22,193 nt of DNA from Pseudomonadota bacterium (GCA_918234285.1 CAKJXZ020000049.1:1-22193); one strand, 5' to 3'. Positions 1 through 9,154 are shown, counted from the stretch's first letter. Program-made: numbers and translations. Notes: generated from the letters alone by a model not told the origin.

Positions 1-83
1 CGAAAGCGAACGAAAGAGGAGAACGTAGCGAAGCGGAGTAGTCTCGCCGTTTTTGCAAAAAGCAAAAACATTGGGGCGCGCCA

Positions 84-119
84 ATAAAAAAGTCCTCCCC
101 AAGCGGGAGGTTTTTTTAT
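84..119. terminator. Bidirectional intrinsic terminator downstream of recF
   Basis: Stem CCTCCC(94-99)/GGGAGG(105-110) with an A-tract on the left and T7 on the right; lies 8 bp past the recF stop. Confidence 0.8.
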
Positions 120-127
120 GTTACAAA

Positions 128-1333
128 TTAAATCAACTTGCCGTTTTGCAAGTGTAAAAATTGCGCCGCATTTTTCAGCGTATCAAAGTTTTGCGGCTCG
201 GTTGAAGTAATCCACGCTTGAATATGCAAATCGCGAATTTTATTAAGCAAAGCATCGCGTTTGGTGTCATCCAGGTGAGTGGTAACCTCATCCAACAGCA
301 ACACCGGTGCAAAACCTTTATTCAAAATCTGGCACTGGGTTTGCGCCAAAATTATGCTGACCAACAGCGCCTTTTGCTCGCCGGTTGAGCACAATTCCGC
401 CGGCATATTTTTCTTTTTGTAATACACTTTGAAGTCGGTGCGATTAACTCCGTCAACGTAGTCGTTATACAAGATATTGCGTCGTTGCCGCGCCAAAAAC
501 GACGTATAAAAATCTTCCACCTGCAATGCCGGATTCGTATCAAGCATTTTTTCAATCGTGCCGTCAAGTTCCAAGCGTACATCGGGGAAAATATCGTCGG
601 GTTCACGTTCCACAAAAGTATTCAGCCGGGCGATTTGTTCGCGGCGGGCGGCGGCAATCGCGACTCCGAGGGAAGCCATATCCGCCTCCAGAGATTGCAA
701 CCAATACTCGTCGGCTTGTCCCGATTTCAAAAGCTGTATCCATTGTTTGTACAGATGTTCGAAGTTGGCGGTGCGCTTGGCATGCTCCAAATCAAAGGCA
801 TATACCAGCCGATCGAGAAAACTGCGGCGCGGCTGTGTTCCGCCCAAAAACAAGCGGTCCATTTGCGGCGTTACCCAAATCGCCGAAATATATTTGCCGA
901 GCTCGCCTTGCTGGGTAATTTTTTGCTGATTTATTTTTACAATGCGGCGGTCATAAGTGCGGACATCGTCTTCTTCCAAATCTTCTTTACTGAAGCTCTG
1001 CAGCGCCGTGCCGACGGTGTATTCCTCGTTGTTGCGTAAAATGTCGGCGGCCACGCTCCATGGCTGAGCGCTTAAAATATCAGATTCGTCCGGCAGACTG
1101 ATACGTTTAATCTCGGCAAGTTTGGCCCCGCGCAGACCGCGCCCCGGAGTCAAAAAAGAAATGGCTTCGAGAATGTTAGTTTTGCCCGAGCCGTTTTCGC
1201 CGGTAATGACAATCGGGCAGATTTCGGTTTGCAAACGCAGAGTAGAGTAATTTCTGAATTCAGTTAAAGTCAGGCGTTTAACACCTGACTTTAATTTAGT
1301 AAATTCTTTGATGGTCGATTGAATATCGTTCAA
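128..1333 (-). CDS. recF: DNA replication/repair protein RecF
   Basis: FRNY motif, Walker A GENGSGKTN, RRSFLD, CSTGEQK signature and LLLDE Walker B; directly follows dnaN. TTG start is uncertain. Confidence 0.97.
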   Translation of the reverse strand: MNDIQSTIKEFTKLKSGVKRLTLTEFRNYSTLRLQTEICPIVITGENGSGKTNILEAISFLTPGRGLRGAKLAEIKRISLPDESDILSAQPWSVAADILRNNEEYTVGTALQSFSKEDLEEDDVRTYDRRIVKINQQKITQQGELGKYISAIWVTPQMDRLFLGGTQPRRSFLDRLVYAFDLEHAKRTANFEHLYKQWIQLLKSGQADEYWLQSLEADMASLGVAIAAARREQIARLNTFVEREPDDIFPDVRLELDGTIEKMLDTNPALQVEDFYTSFLARQRRNILYNDYVDGVNRTDFKVYYKKKNMPAELCSTGEQKALLVSIILAQTQCQILNKGFAPVLLLDEVTTHLDDTKRDALLNKIRDLHIQAWITSTEPQNFDTLKNAAQFLHLQNGKLI

Positions 1334-1334
1334 C

Positions 1335-2453
1335 TTAGACTCTCATCGGCATTAAAACGTAGATGGCGCTGGAATCCGATGTATCATGGATAATCGACGG
1401 CGAGGAACTGTCTTTGAAGCTGAAACGCACCGTATCGCCGCGAATCTCTGCCAAAATATCCAACAAATAACGGAAGTTATAGCCGATTTCCAACGATTCG
1501 TTATCGTAAGTAGCCTCAATTTCTTCAATCGCGCTGCCTAAATCCGGGCTGGAAGTCGTCAGGATAACGTGGTTTTTGTTGGCAATCATCTTAATTGCAC
1601 GCGTTCTTTCCGCTACCACCGATACACGATCTACCGCAGTGGCCAGCGGCTTAACGCCCAATTCAAGAATTTTGTTGTTACCGGTCGGAATAACCCGTTC
1701 ATAATCCGGATAAGTGCCATCAATTAACTTAGAGGCGAGGGTAATATCTTCAAGCGTAAAGCGTACTTTGCTGTCAGAAAGAGCGATTTTAATCGATTCT
1801 GCCTGCGTATCATCAAGCAACTTACGGATTTCACCCACGGTTTTACGTGGCAAAATAACACCCTGCATACCTTCGGCACCTTGCGGCAACGGGCTTTCAA
1901 CACAAGCCAGACGATGGCCGTCGGTAGCAACGATTCGCAATACTTTAGTTTCACCCTCATCTTTCGGATGAATATACAAGCCGTTCAGATAATATCTGGT
2001 TTCTTCGGTGGAAGCGGCAAACTGAGTGCGGTCAATCACATCCTTCAACTCGTCGCGCTTCATCTCGAAATTGGTCGGCAGAGCGTCGGCAGAAATTGCC
2101 GGGAAGTCTTCGACTCCGATGGTCGGCAGTGAAAATTCCGAACGCCCCGAGGCTATTTTAAGCTGGTCTTTTTCATCAGGATAAGTCAATTCAACATCGG
2201 CACCATCGGAAAGCTTGCGCACAATGTCATACAGCATGTGTGCCGGAGCGGTAATTGCGCCGTTTTCCAAGATTTTGGCATCTACCACTTCCGTAATTTC
2301 CGTGTCCATATCGGTAGCTTTGAAGCTGATTCCGTTGTTATCGGCCTCAATACGCACATTTGAAAGAACCGGTACGGTGTTTCTTCTCTCGACAATATTC
2401 TGAACGTGTCCCAACGTTTTGAGTAAAATAGCTTTTTCTATTGCAAATTTCAT
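1335..2453 (-). CDS. dnaN: DNA polymerase III beta sliding clamp
   Basis: VERRNTVPVLSNV, ETRYYLNG, ATDGHRL, YPDYERVIP and C-terminal YVLMPMRV; lies between dnaA and recF. Confidence 0.99.
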   Translation of the reverse strand: MKFAIEKAILLKTLGHVQNIVERRNTVPVLSNVRIEADNNGISFKATDMDTEITEVVDAKILENGAITAPAHMLYDIVRKLSDGADVELTYPDEKDQLKIASGRSEFSLPTIGVEDFPAISADALPTNFEMKRDELKDVIDRTQFAASTEETRYYLNGLYIHPKDEGETKVLRIVATDGHRLACVESPLPQGAEGMQGVILPRKTVGEIRKLLDDTQAESIKIALSDSKVRFTLEDITLASKLIDGTYPDYERVIPTGNNKILELGVKPLATAVDRVSVVAERTRAIKMIANKNHVILTTSSPDLGSAIEEIEATYDNESLEIGYNFRYLLDILAEIRGDTVRFSFKDSSSPSIIHDTSDSSAIYVLMPMRV

Positions 2454-2541
2454 TGTTTTAACCCTTGTTAATTAACTATGCACTTACGTTAGCAAAGTTA
2501 GCGCAAAATAAGAAGTTTAAAAAAGAGTCTTCAACAGTTTT

Positions 2542-3936
2542 TTAACATTCCAGCGCACGGCGCAAAGTATCAACATTTTCGGCCATAGAAGTATCTTCAA
2601 GTACCAATTCTTCAACCTTGCGCACCGCATGCATCACCGTGGTGTGGTCACGGTCAAACTTGCGACCGATTTCCGGCAACGAACGTGAAGTCAGCTGCTT
2701 GGCCAGATACATGGCAATCTGCCTCGGACGGGCCACATTACGGGCACGGCGCGAAGATTGCATCTCCTTAACCGAAATGTTGAAGTATTCCGCAACCTTT
2801 TTCTGAATTTCATCAATTGTGGTTTTACGGTCAATCGAGCGCAGCATATCCTTCAAAACATCTTGCGTCATATCCAGCGAAATTTCATGCCCCGGCAACA
2901 GCAGAGAATGAGCGGCGATTCGCTTGAGCGAACCTTCCAATTCGCGAATGCTCGAAGATATTTTTTGTGCCAGAAAATCAGCAACATTATCAGGCAAAAT
3001 TATACCGAGTTGCTCTGATTTTTTACGCAAAATACCTAAACGCAATTCATAATCCGCCGGCATAATATCTGCCACTAAGCCGCTGTTTAAACGCGATTTT
3101 AAGCGACTCTCAATACCATCCAAATCATTCGGCGATTTATCGGCGGAAAGAATAATCTGTTTACCGCTTTCAATCAGCGAATTAAAAGTATAGAAAAATT
3201 CATCTTGTGTTTTGGTTTTGTTGGCTAAAAACTGAACATCGTCAATCATCAGTACATCAACCGAACGGAACTGTTCTTTGAACGCATCGGTGTCTTTATA
3301 GCGTAACGCATTAACAAACTTATACAAGAACTGTTCGGCGGAAATATAAACCACCGTACGTTCCGGATCTGCCGTCTTAATATATTGTGCCACGGCGTGC
3401 ATCAGGTGGGTTTTACCTAAGCCGACTCCGGAATATAAAAACAGCGGATTAAACGAAATATTTTTGGATTCGGCAACCTTGTGCGCGGCCGCATAGGCAA
3501 ATTCGTTGGTTTTACCGACCACAAAATTTTCAAACGTATAAGCCGGATTAAGCTTTGAGGCCAAAGAATCGGTATTACCGAAACTGTTGGCAACTCCACC
3601 GTATATCTTTTGCGGAGTCGGAGCCAGCTTAATGTGCTTAATCAGCGAGTCGTCGGACGATATGTTTTGTACGACTATCTGTACCGATTTAACTTCCGGA
3701 TTTTTGCGCTCCCAAATACGTTGGATTCGGTCACAATAGTGCGTAATAACCCAGTTTTTCATAAACGCGGTAGGCGCACCAATCCGCATTATACCGTCAT
3801 CAAAAGAAATGACGCACAACGGCTTCAACCAACTGTCAAACGCGGTATGCCCGAACTCCATTTTTAACTGACCACATACTTCTTCCCATTGATCATTAAT
3901 AGATAAGTCTTCTTTTTTTATTGCTTCTTCAGCCAT
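2542..3936 (-). CDS. dnaA: Chromosomal replication initiator DnaA
   Basis: YTFENFVVG, NPLFLYSGVGLGKTHL, IDDVQF, and domain IV RQIAMYL...RDHTTVMHA. Confidence 0.99.
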   Translation of the reverse strand: MAEEAIKKEDLSINDQWEEVCGQLKMEFGHTAFDSWLKPLCVISFDDGIMRIGAPTAFMKNWVITHYCDRIQRIWERKNPEVKSVQIVVQNISSDDSLIKHIKLAPTPQKIYGGVANSFGNTDSLASKLNPAYTFENFVVGKTNEFAYAAAHKVAESKNISFNPLFLYSGVGLGKTHLMHAVAQYIKTADPERTVVYISAEQFLYKFVNALRYKDTDAFKEQFRSVDVLMIDDVQFLANKTKTQDEFFYTFNSLIESGKQIILSADKSPNDLDGIESRLKSRLNSGLVADIMPADYELRLGILRKKSEQLGIILPDNVADFLAQKISSSIRELEGSLKRIAAHSLLLPGHEISLDMTQDVLKDMLRSIDRKTTIDEIQKKVAEYFNISVKEMQSSRRARNVARPRQIAMYLAKQLTSRSLPEIGRKFDRDHTTVMHAVRKVEELVLEDTSMAENVDTLRRALEC

Positions 3937-4288
3937 TTTTTTTCCCGTCCATAAAAATCAATTAAACATCTGAAACAAACCCGCGGTGAACAACAATGCC
4001 AAAGAGCATATTATATATGTGTATCCATCGCACTCTATACCCGCATCGGTCCGCGATTGGCACCTTAAAGATAATACCGTGCCGAACCTGAGCTCAGACC
4101 CTTTTGCGGAAACAAAGTTATTCGTTTCGCCTAATCGAGAACAAAATTTTTGTACCTCGAGAGAAAATGTAAATAAATTGTTAACAGAGAAAAAACATAA
4201 ATTCAATAGAACATTTTGAGAACATCGCAATTAAATTTCTTGACAACGTTTTTTAAAACAAGTGCGGTATAATCGGTTGATTCGGCAC

Positions 4289-4329
4289 AAAAAAACGCAA
4301 ACCGATTCGCTTTCGAATCAATTTGCGTT
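4289..4329 (-). terminator. Intrinsic terminator after rpsT
   Basis: AACGCAAA-CC-GATTCG-CTTT-CGAATC-AA-TTTGCGTT hairpin followed by a T-run on the minus strand. Confidence 0.7.
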
Positions 4330-4351
4330 AAAACTTTCGATTCTCTGAAAA

Positions 4352-4612
4352 TTACAGAGCTTTGATTTTTTGTGCCAAACGAGAAATAGTGCGCGAAGCC
4401 GTATTCTTTTTGAATACGCCTTTTTGTGCCGCACGAGCCATTTCGCTCTCAGCAGTTTTGAAAGCAACCGTAGCGCCTTCTTTATCATTAGCAGCAATCA
4501 GAGCCAAAACCTTCTTTACGAATGTTCTTACGCGACTTCTGCGTGCACCGTTAATCTGGGCGCGTTTATTATTATGTACAATTCTCGTTTTTGCCGATTT
4601 ATGATTGGCCAT
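4352..4612 (-). CDS. rpsT: 30S ribosomal protein S20
   Basis: MANHKSAKTR...NGARRSRVRTFVKK...KNTASRTISRL. Start moved to the ATG at 4612, which has AGGA upstream. Confidence 0.98.
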   Translation of the reverse strand: MANHKSAKTRIVHNNKRAQINGARRSRVRTFVKKVLALIAANDKEGATVAFKTAESEMARAAQKGVFKKNTASRTISRLAQKIKAL

Positions 4613-4661
4613 ATTTTTTCTTCCTATTAAAAATGTTAATATAAAATTTACTCTGGTAAAC

Positions 4662-4691
4662 GTTATAACCACGAGAACAGCATAAAGTCAA
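4662..4691 (-). promoter_or_regulatory. Putative sigma70 promoter of rpsT
   Basis: TTGACT-N18-TATAAC on the minus strand, about 50 bp upstream of the start. Confidence 0.5.
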
Positions 4692-4717
4692 CCAAAATTT
4701 TATATTTTTTTGTTTTT

Positions 4718-5083
4718 TTACGGTTTTGTCTTAACGGTTATTCGAACAATCAGCGGCGAAACGGATTCTCTGACCACTTCCAAAGTTTCTCCGTCGCGAT
4801 AAAACAGCAGATTGTTGCCCCGATTCCCTTGATATATCCAGCCCAGTTGCGGTAAAGATTCGTTATAAAAATCGGCAATATCGGAAAATTTGAGTTTCGG
4901 CGCGTTAAAATAAGCCTCAAGTAGCCTGGTTTCCTCATTTCCGAAAGAAACATCGTCTTGAGAAATTTGGTGCATTCCCTCAAGCATCGGCACGTCATCC
5001 ATACCTTCAACAAATTGTTCGGCATAGGATTCGCCGGCAAAGCCGAGAAAACAAAATACCATAAATAACCGCAAATATTTCAT
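4718..5083 (-). CDS. Exported hypothetical protein (121 aa)
   Basis: Start moved to MKYLRLF (AGGAG upstream). Signal-peptide-like N-terminus ending SYA-E; coupled to mutM. Confidence 0.8.
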   Translation of the reverse strand: MKYLRLFMVFCFLGFAGESYAEQFVEGMDDVPMLEGMHQISQDDVSFGNEETRLLEAYFNAPKLKFSDIADFYNESLPQLGWIYQGNRGNNLLFYRDGETLEVVRESVSPLIVRITVKTKP

Positions 5084-5094
5084 AATTTTTTCTC

Positions 5095-5934
5095 CTATTT
5101 CTGCATAATCGGACAATAAAAAGTGGAACGTCCGCCTTGTACCGTTTTGCGGATTCCGCCGGTTTTCGCAATATCGCATTTACAGTCCGGACAGCGCTTG
5201 CCGGCTTTGTCATACACACAATGATGCTGCTGAAAATAGCCGATATCGCCGTCAGGGCGCCGATAATCGTGGATGGTGGAACCGCCGGCTTTGATGGCCT
5301 CTTCCAAGATAATGCGCGTATATTTAATGATTTCTGAGGCTTCCGATTCGGATATGGCGCAACTTTCCCGATCCGGTCGGATTCGTGCCCGATATAAAAT
5401 CTCTGAGGCATATATATTGCCGATTCCGCTGATGATTTCCTGATTTAAGAGCGATAATTTTATGGCGCATTTGCGATTCGTCAGAGCAGCGAGCAAATAT
5501 TGCGGCGTCAGATTCGCATCCCACGGATCAAGTCCGACGCTTTTGAAACAGTGATGTTGCGATAATTTATCAGATTCGCAAAGCAGCACCAACCCGAAAC
5601 GCCGTGCGTCGTTGTAATAAATCACGCCTCTATCGGTTTCGATAATAACGTGGTCGTGTTTTTCCGATTCCGGCAACATGGTCGATTCGATACGGATTTT
5701 GCCGCTCATCCCAAAATGCCAGATAATTGTCAGACCGTTACTTAAATCCATCAGCATATATTTGGCGATTCGCCGCAGGTTAACGATTTTGGCTCCGCGG
5801 ATTCGTTCGGCAAAATCAGACGGAACCGATTCGCGCAGTCGCGGTTGTTTTACGATCGCGTTACGAATAACGGCACCGCAAACGGCGGCGGCAACGGTAT
5901 TTTTTATGGTTTCTACCTCAGGCAATTCAGGCAT
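5095..5934 (-). CDS. mutM: Formamidopyrimidine-DNA glycosylase (Fpg)
   Basis: N-terminal MPELPEVET, HFGMSG, DARRFG, GIGNIYASE (H2TH), and C-terminal CPDC...CP zinc-finger region. Confidence 0.98.
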   Translation of the reverse strand: MPELPEVETIKNTVAAAVCGAVIRNAIVKQPRLRESVPSDFAERIRGAKIVNLRRIAKYMLMDLSNGLTIIWHFGMSGKIRIESTMLPESEKHDHVIIETDRGVIYYNDARRFGLVLLCESDKLSQHHCFKSVGLDPWDANLTPQYLLAALTNRKCAIKLSLLNQEIISGIGNIYASEILYRARIRPDRESCAISESEASEIIKYTRIILEEAIKAGGSTIHDYRRPDGDIGYFQQHHCVYDKAGKRCPDCKCDIAKTGGIRKTVQGGRSTFYCPIMQK

Positions 5935-5991
5935 AAAATTTATTCTCCTTTAACGATTATAATATATAGTCCGAAACAGATTGCAAACTTC

Positions 5992-6020
5992 TTGCCATTA
6001 TTTATAAACAGGGTTATATT
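5992..6020 (+). promoter_or_regulatory. Putative sigma70 promoter of the J-domain gene
   Basis: TTGCCA-N17-TATATT in the divergent mutM/J-domain gap. Confidence 0.5.
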
Positions 6021-6054
6021 GAAAGAATCGATGAAATTTTACGAATAAGTGAAG

Positions 6055-6645
6055 ATGATTAAAAGACGCAGCAAAAAATATTATGCCCCGCAAAATGAAG
6101 ATAGTGCCGTACATATCTGCGATCAGCCCGGTTGCAACGAAAAAGGCGAATATCGCGCGCCGAAAGACCGTAGTTTGAAAGAATATTACTGGTTTTGCCT
6201 CAAACACGTTGAAGAATATAATAAAAAATGGAATTATTACGGTGAAGGCTACAACGAAGCGGCGGAAGAAAAAATCAAACGGCGTTTTTCGCATCGTTTC
6301 AAATCAAAAGTGAACTATCAGTTTGGCTATGATTTATGGGAAGAAGCGGCGTTTTTTGACGACGGTTACGAGAATCCGTCCGACGGCAACCGCGAATATT
6401 CTGCCGACGGCATTTATTTTACGGTGGAAGAACGTAAATACATCAAAACGCTGGAGATGAGTATTCGCGACATCAATCCCGATTCGCTGAAAAAACAATA
6501 TAAGAAAATGGCGAAAAAATATCATCCGGACATTAACCAAACGGATTCGTCGGCCGAAGAAAAATTCAAGCAGATTTCCGAAGCCTATCAACACTTAAAA
6601 GAAAAATTCGAGCGGATTCCCAACTACGATTTATTCAAAGACTAA
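6055..6645 (+). CDS. J-domain (DnaJ-family) protein with N-terminal Cys/His motif
   Basis: CDQPGC...YRAPK...YYWFCLKHVEEYNKKWNYY at the N-terminus and a C-terminal J-domain KKYHPD...AEEKFKQISEAY. Alternative GTG start at 6049. Confidence 0.9.
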   Translation: MIKRRSKKYYAPQNEDSAVHICDQPGCNEKGEYRAPKDRSLKEYYWFCLKHVEEYNKKWNYYGEGYNEAAEEKIKRRFSHRFKSKVNYQFGYDLWEEAAFFDDGYENPSDGNREYSADGIYFTVEERKYIKTLEMSIRDINPDSLKKQYKKMAKKYHPDINQTDSSAEEKFKQISEAYQHLKEKFERIPNYDLFKD

Positions 6646-6760
6646 GCAACTTAACATCCCGGGCGGCCTCCGCGGACTTTTTTCATCGCGGCGGACACGG
6701 CAAAATTCGGTCTGTCATTATGCCATAATTTTACAGCTTTTGCATTAAATTTTTTATTAC

Positions 6761-6788
6761 AAAAAACAGCCGATATTGCTACCGGCTG
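6761..6788 (-). terminator. Intrinsic terminator after the DegT-family gene
   Basis: CAGCCG/CGGCTG stem followed by T6 on the minus strand. Confidence 0.7.
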
Positions 6789-6812
6789 CAAGGAGTTAAA
6801 AACGATTCGCAA

Positions 6813-7973
6813 TTACGCGGCTTTGTTCATTTTTTGTGCCGCAAATTCGTTCATTTTCTCGATGATGTAATCGAGCTGTTCGTCCGTCAAATACGGTGTC
6901 ATCGGAATACTGCATACCGTCTTGGAAAGTTTTTCGCAAACCGGCAGGGAGCGCGTATTCCATTTGGCATAGGCTGTTTGCGTATTAACCGGACGCGGAT
7001 AGTAAGCACCGCACGGAATTCCGTTGGCCTTGAGATAGGTCATCAATTCATCGCGGTCTTCGCAATGAATTGTGTAAAGCGCATAAGCCGAGCGGCAGTT
7101 ATCCAAGATTTTTTGCTTGCCGTAATAGTTGCTGAGCTCGTTGTCGTAGCGCGAAGCTACACGATAACGATTCTCCAATTCCTGCTTAAATTGCGTCAAT
7201 TTCAACAACAAAACCGCGCCTTGGAAAGAGTTCATACGACCGGTCATACCCAAACGCACGTTATCATAATGGTCTTCCGGGCTCATACCGTGCACGCGGC
7301 AGGATTTCACCAATTCGTTTTCTTCTTCGGAGTTGCAGAAAACCGCACCGCCGTCGCCGTAACCGCCGAGTGGTTTGGTCGGATAGAACGAGGTTGCACT
7401 CATATCGGCAATTGAGCCGGCATTGTGTCCGTGATATACCGAACCGAAGCTTTGGCAGGAATCGGACATAACTTTCATACCGTTTTCATGAGCAATTTTC
7501 ATAATTTCGTCGTAGTTGCACGGAGAACCGAAAATATCTACGGCAATTACGGCCTTAAGGTTGAGCTTGCCTTCGGCCTTAACCTGGGCAATTGCGCGTT
7601 TCAAATCTTCGGTATCCATATTGTAGGTGTTCGGATCAGAGTCTACAAAAATCGGGGTTGCACCGAGCAAAACCGGCGCTTCGGCCGAAGCCACAAACGT
7701 GAACGAAGATACAAACACGGCATCGCCCGGTTTAACGTCCCACGCCATCAGGCCCAAAGTCAGAGCATCGGTACCCGAACCGCAGGTCGAGCAATATTTG
7801 GTGCCGGCATATTCAGCGAGTTTGCTGTCGAGTTCTTTGGTTTCCGGACCTTGGCAATAAGCGCCGTGGTTCAAAATATTTTTAAAAGCTTCCAAAAATT
7901 TTTCCTGACCGATTCTTTTTTGGGTGGTGGCACAGTCAAAAAGATAAATCGGTTCGCTAGGTTTATTTGTCAT
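6813..7973 (-). CDS. DegT/DnrJ/EryC1/StrS PLP-dependent nucleotide-sugar aminotransferase
   Basis: SGTDAL, FTFVASAE, DSCQSFG, and SFYPTKPLGGYGDGG carrying the PLP lysine. Confidence 0.93.
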   Translation of the reverse strand: MTNKPSEPIYLFDCATTQKRIGQEKFLEAFKNILNHGAYCQGPETKELDSKLAEYAGTKYCSTCGSGTDALTLGLMAWDVKPGDAVFVSSFTFVASAEAPVLLGATPIFVDSDPNTYNMDTEDLKRAIAQVKAEGKLNLKAVIAVDIFGSPCNYDEIMKIAHENGMKVMSDSCQSFGSVYHGHNAGSIADMSATSFYPTKPLGGYGDGGAVFCNSEEENELVKSCRVHGMSPEDHYDNVRLGMTGRMNSFQGAVLLLKLTQFKQELENRYRVASRYDNELSNYYGKQKILDNCRSAYALYTIHCEDRDELMTYLKANGIPCGAYYPRPVNTQTAYAKWNTRSLPVCEKLSKTVCSIPMTPYLTDEQLDYIIEKMNEFAAQKMNKAA

Positions 7974-8011
7974 AATTCAATTTCCCTTTATAAAAGTTAT
8001 CACTGTTTTGC

Positions 8012-8040
8012 AATTTAGCGTATTTTCGGGCTGGTTGCAA
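8012..8040 (-). promoter_or_regulatory. Putative sigma70 promoter of the DegT gene
   Basis: TTGCAA-N17-TAAATT on the minus strand. Confidence 0.45.
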
Positions 8041-8118
8041 CACACAAAAAATTACGTGTTTGTAACATTTGCATAACACAAAAAAACGATGGGGTACAGG
8101 GTGTTGAACTAATAAAAT

Positions 8119-8257
8119 GTCATACCTCGCACGATGCGGTGCATTCGTGCGTCAAGGTATCTAATCTTTGCGTAGTGCTATACTTGTTTTTGAAGCGGCT
8201 TCGCCGAGAGCCGAGTTCCCTTGACGAAGTGACGCACAGCGCACTTCGAGGGATGAC
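8119..8257. repeat. Inverted doublet of 44-nt GTCAT-tagged hairpins (REP/REPIN-like)
   Basis: Unit 8119-8162(+): GTC-ATACCT-CGCACGA-TGC-GGT-GCA-T-TCGTGCG-TCA-AGGTAT-CT. Unit 8214-8257(-): GTC-ATCCCT-CGAAGTG-CGC-TGT-GCG-T-CACTTCG-TCA-AGGGAA-CT. Same architecture, different stem sequences. Confidence 0.75.
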
Positions 8258-8265
8258 TTTGCCAC

Positions 8266-8300
8266 AAAAAAACGACGCTCGAATTAAGCGTCGCTTTTTT
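8266..8300. terminator. Bidirectional terminator after the outer-membrane protein gene
   Basis: A7-CGACGCT-CGAATTA-AGCGTCG-C-T6. Confidence 0.8.
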
Positions 8301-8320
8301 GCAATTAGCATATATTTGGA

Positions 8321-8923
8321 TTAGAAGTTATATCTGGCACCAAACATAATTTCTTGATCACGAGCCGAAACTTTGGCAACGCCTGCGCCATAGTTCTTAC
8401 GAATACGACCCAAGTCAGCATAACGATAACCGGCATCCAAAGTCCAGTTAGAGGTTACGTCATAAGCAATACCGGCCATAACTTGCCAAGCGAGGTTGTT
8501 GGCAGATTTACCGTCTTCACCGAAGTCAGCCTTCAAGTGAGAAAGACCGATACCGGCACCGATGTACGGTGTCCACGGGGTGCAGGTCAAATAATCAAAG
8601 TAAGCATTAGCCATGAAGGAATGCTTATAAAGTCTGAAGTGATTCAAACCATTATCCAACCAATTACGTTTAATGTCACGAGAATTGTTGAGTTCTACTT
8701 CACCACGAACATAACCGGCACGAACACCGTAAGCTACGTGAGTACCGAACAATTCTTTGTTGGCATGCATACGAGTAATGTCTGCAGCTTCATAGTTGTG
8801 ATCTTTAATTTTTACTTTGTTAAAGTCATAAGACAATTTGCCAGAAACATACTGGTTAACTTTTGCGTCTGCATTAGCGCTTAACAGGCAGGCAACACCA
8901 GCTAATAACAAAATTTTTTTCAT
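8321..8923 (-). CDS. Outer-membrane beta-barrel protein (opacity/porin-like family)
   Basis: Start moved to MKKILLLAG (AAGGA upstream). Signal peptide ending ANADA; MANAYFD, PYIGAGIG, AWQVMAGIAY, LDAGYRY and C-terminal GARYNF beta-signal. Confidence 0.9.
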   Translation of the reverse strand: MKKILLLAGVACLLSANADAKVNQYVSGKLSYDFNKVKIKDHNYEAADITRMHANKELFGTHVAYGVRAGYVRGEVELNNSRDIKRNWLDNGLNHFRLYKHSFMANAYFDYLTCTPWTPYIGAGIGLSHLKADFGEDGKSANNLAWQVMAGIAYDVTSNWTLDAGYRYADLGRIRKNYGAGVAKVSARDQEIMFGARYNF

Positions 8924-8980
8924 ATTAAATTCCTTTATTACTTGTTGAACAACAATATACTTTCGTATTGTAACACCCAC

Positions 8981-9009
8981 ACTTTATGACTATAAAAAGG
9001 CTATGTCAA
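8981..9009 (-). promoter_or_regulatory. Putative sigma70 promoter of the outer-membrane protein gene
   Basis: TTGACA-N17-TAAAGT on the minus strand. Confidence 0.6.
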
Positions 9010-9154
9010 GATATTTTTCTTAAACTATTTACAGGCTTGTTCACGATTAATTAAGATTTTATCGTGTATAAAACGCAACTTTAGCGCAAATCCTAAGTTT
9101 GAACCGTATTGTACAGGCGATTACACAAAAAATTTCAGTTTTGTAATATTGTGA

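Noticed and set aside
3936-3943. A-run at the dnaA start as a phase-variable tract
   Set aside because: Runs of 7-8 A/T are common in intergenic DNA here, and dnaA is essential.
3958-4230. Overlapping 90-aa (-) and 77-aa (+) ORFs between dnaA and rpsT
   Set aside because: No recognisable motifs or RBS; more likely dnaA promoter/leader DNA.
4240-4273. Perfect TTGACA and TATAAT hexamers on the + strand
   Set aside because: The spacer is 22 bp, too long for sigma70, and the pair points antisense to rpsT.
4279-4343. Four GANTC sites upstream of dnaA, suggesting CcrM control
   Set aside because: Two are the arms of the terminator hairpin, and GANTC appears common in coding DNA here, so enrichment cannot be supported by eye.
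6657-6720. GC-rich stretch after the J-domain gene (CCGCGG...CGCGGCGG)
   Set aside because: It may form a weak hairpin, but I found no second copy, no GTCAT tag and no recognisable RNA motif.
8119-8257. 6S RNA (ssrS), suggested by end-to-end pairing, ~140-nt length and a downstream terminator
   Set aside because: The long fold gives a very asymmetric interior with no central double bubble. Two local hairpins with matched covariation explain the sequence better. An Rfam search is needed to exclude it fully.
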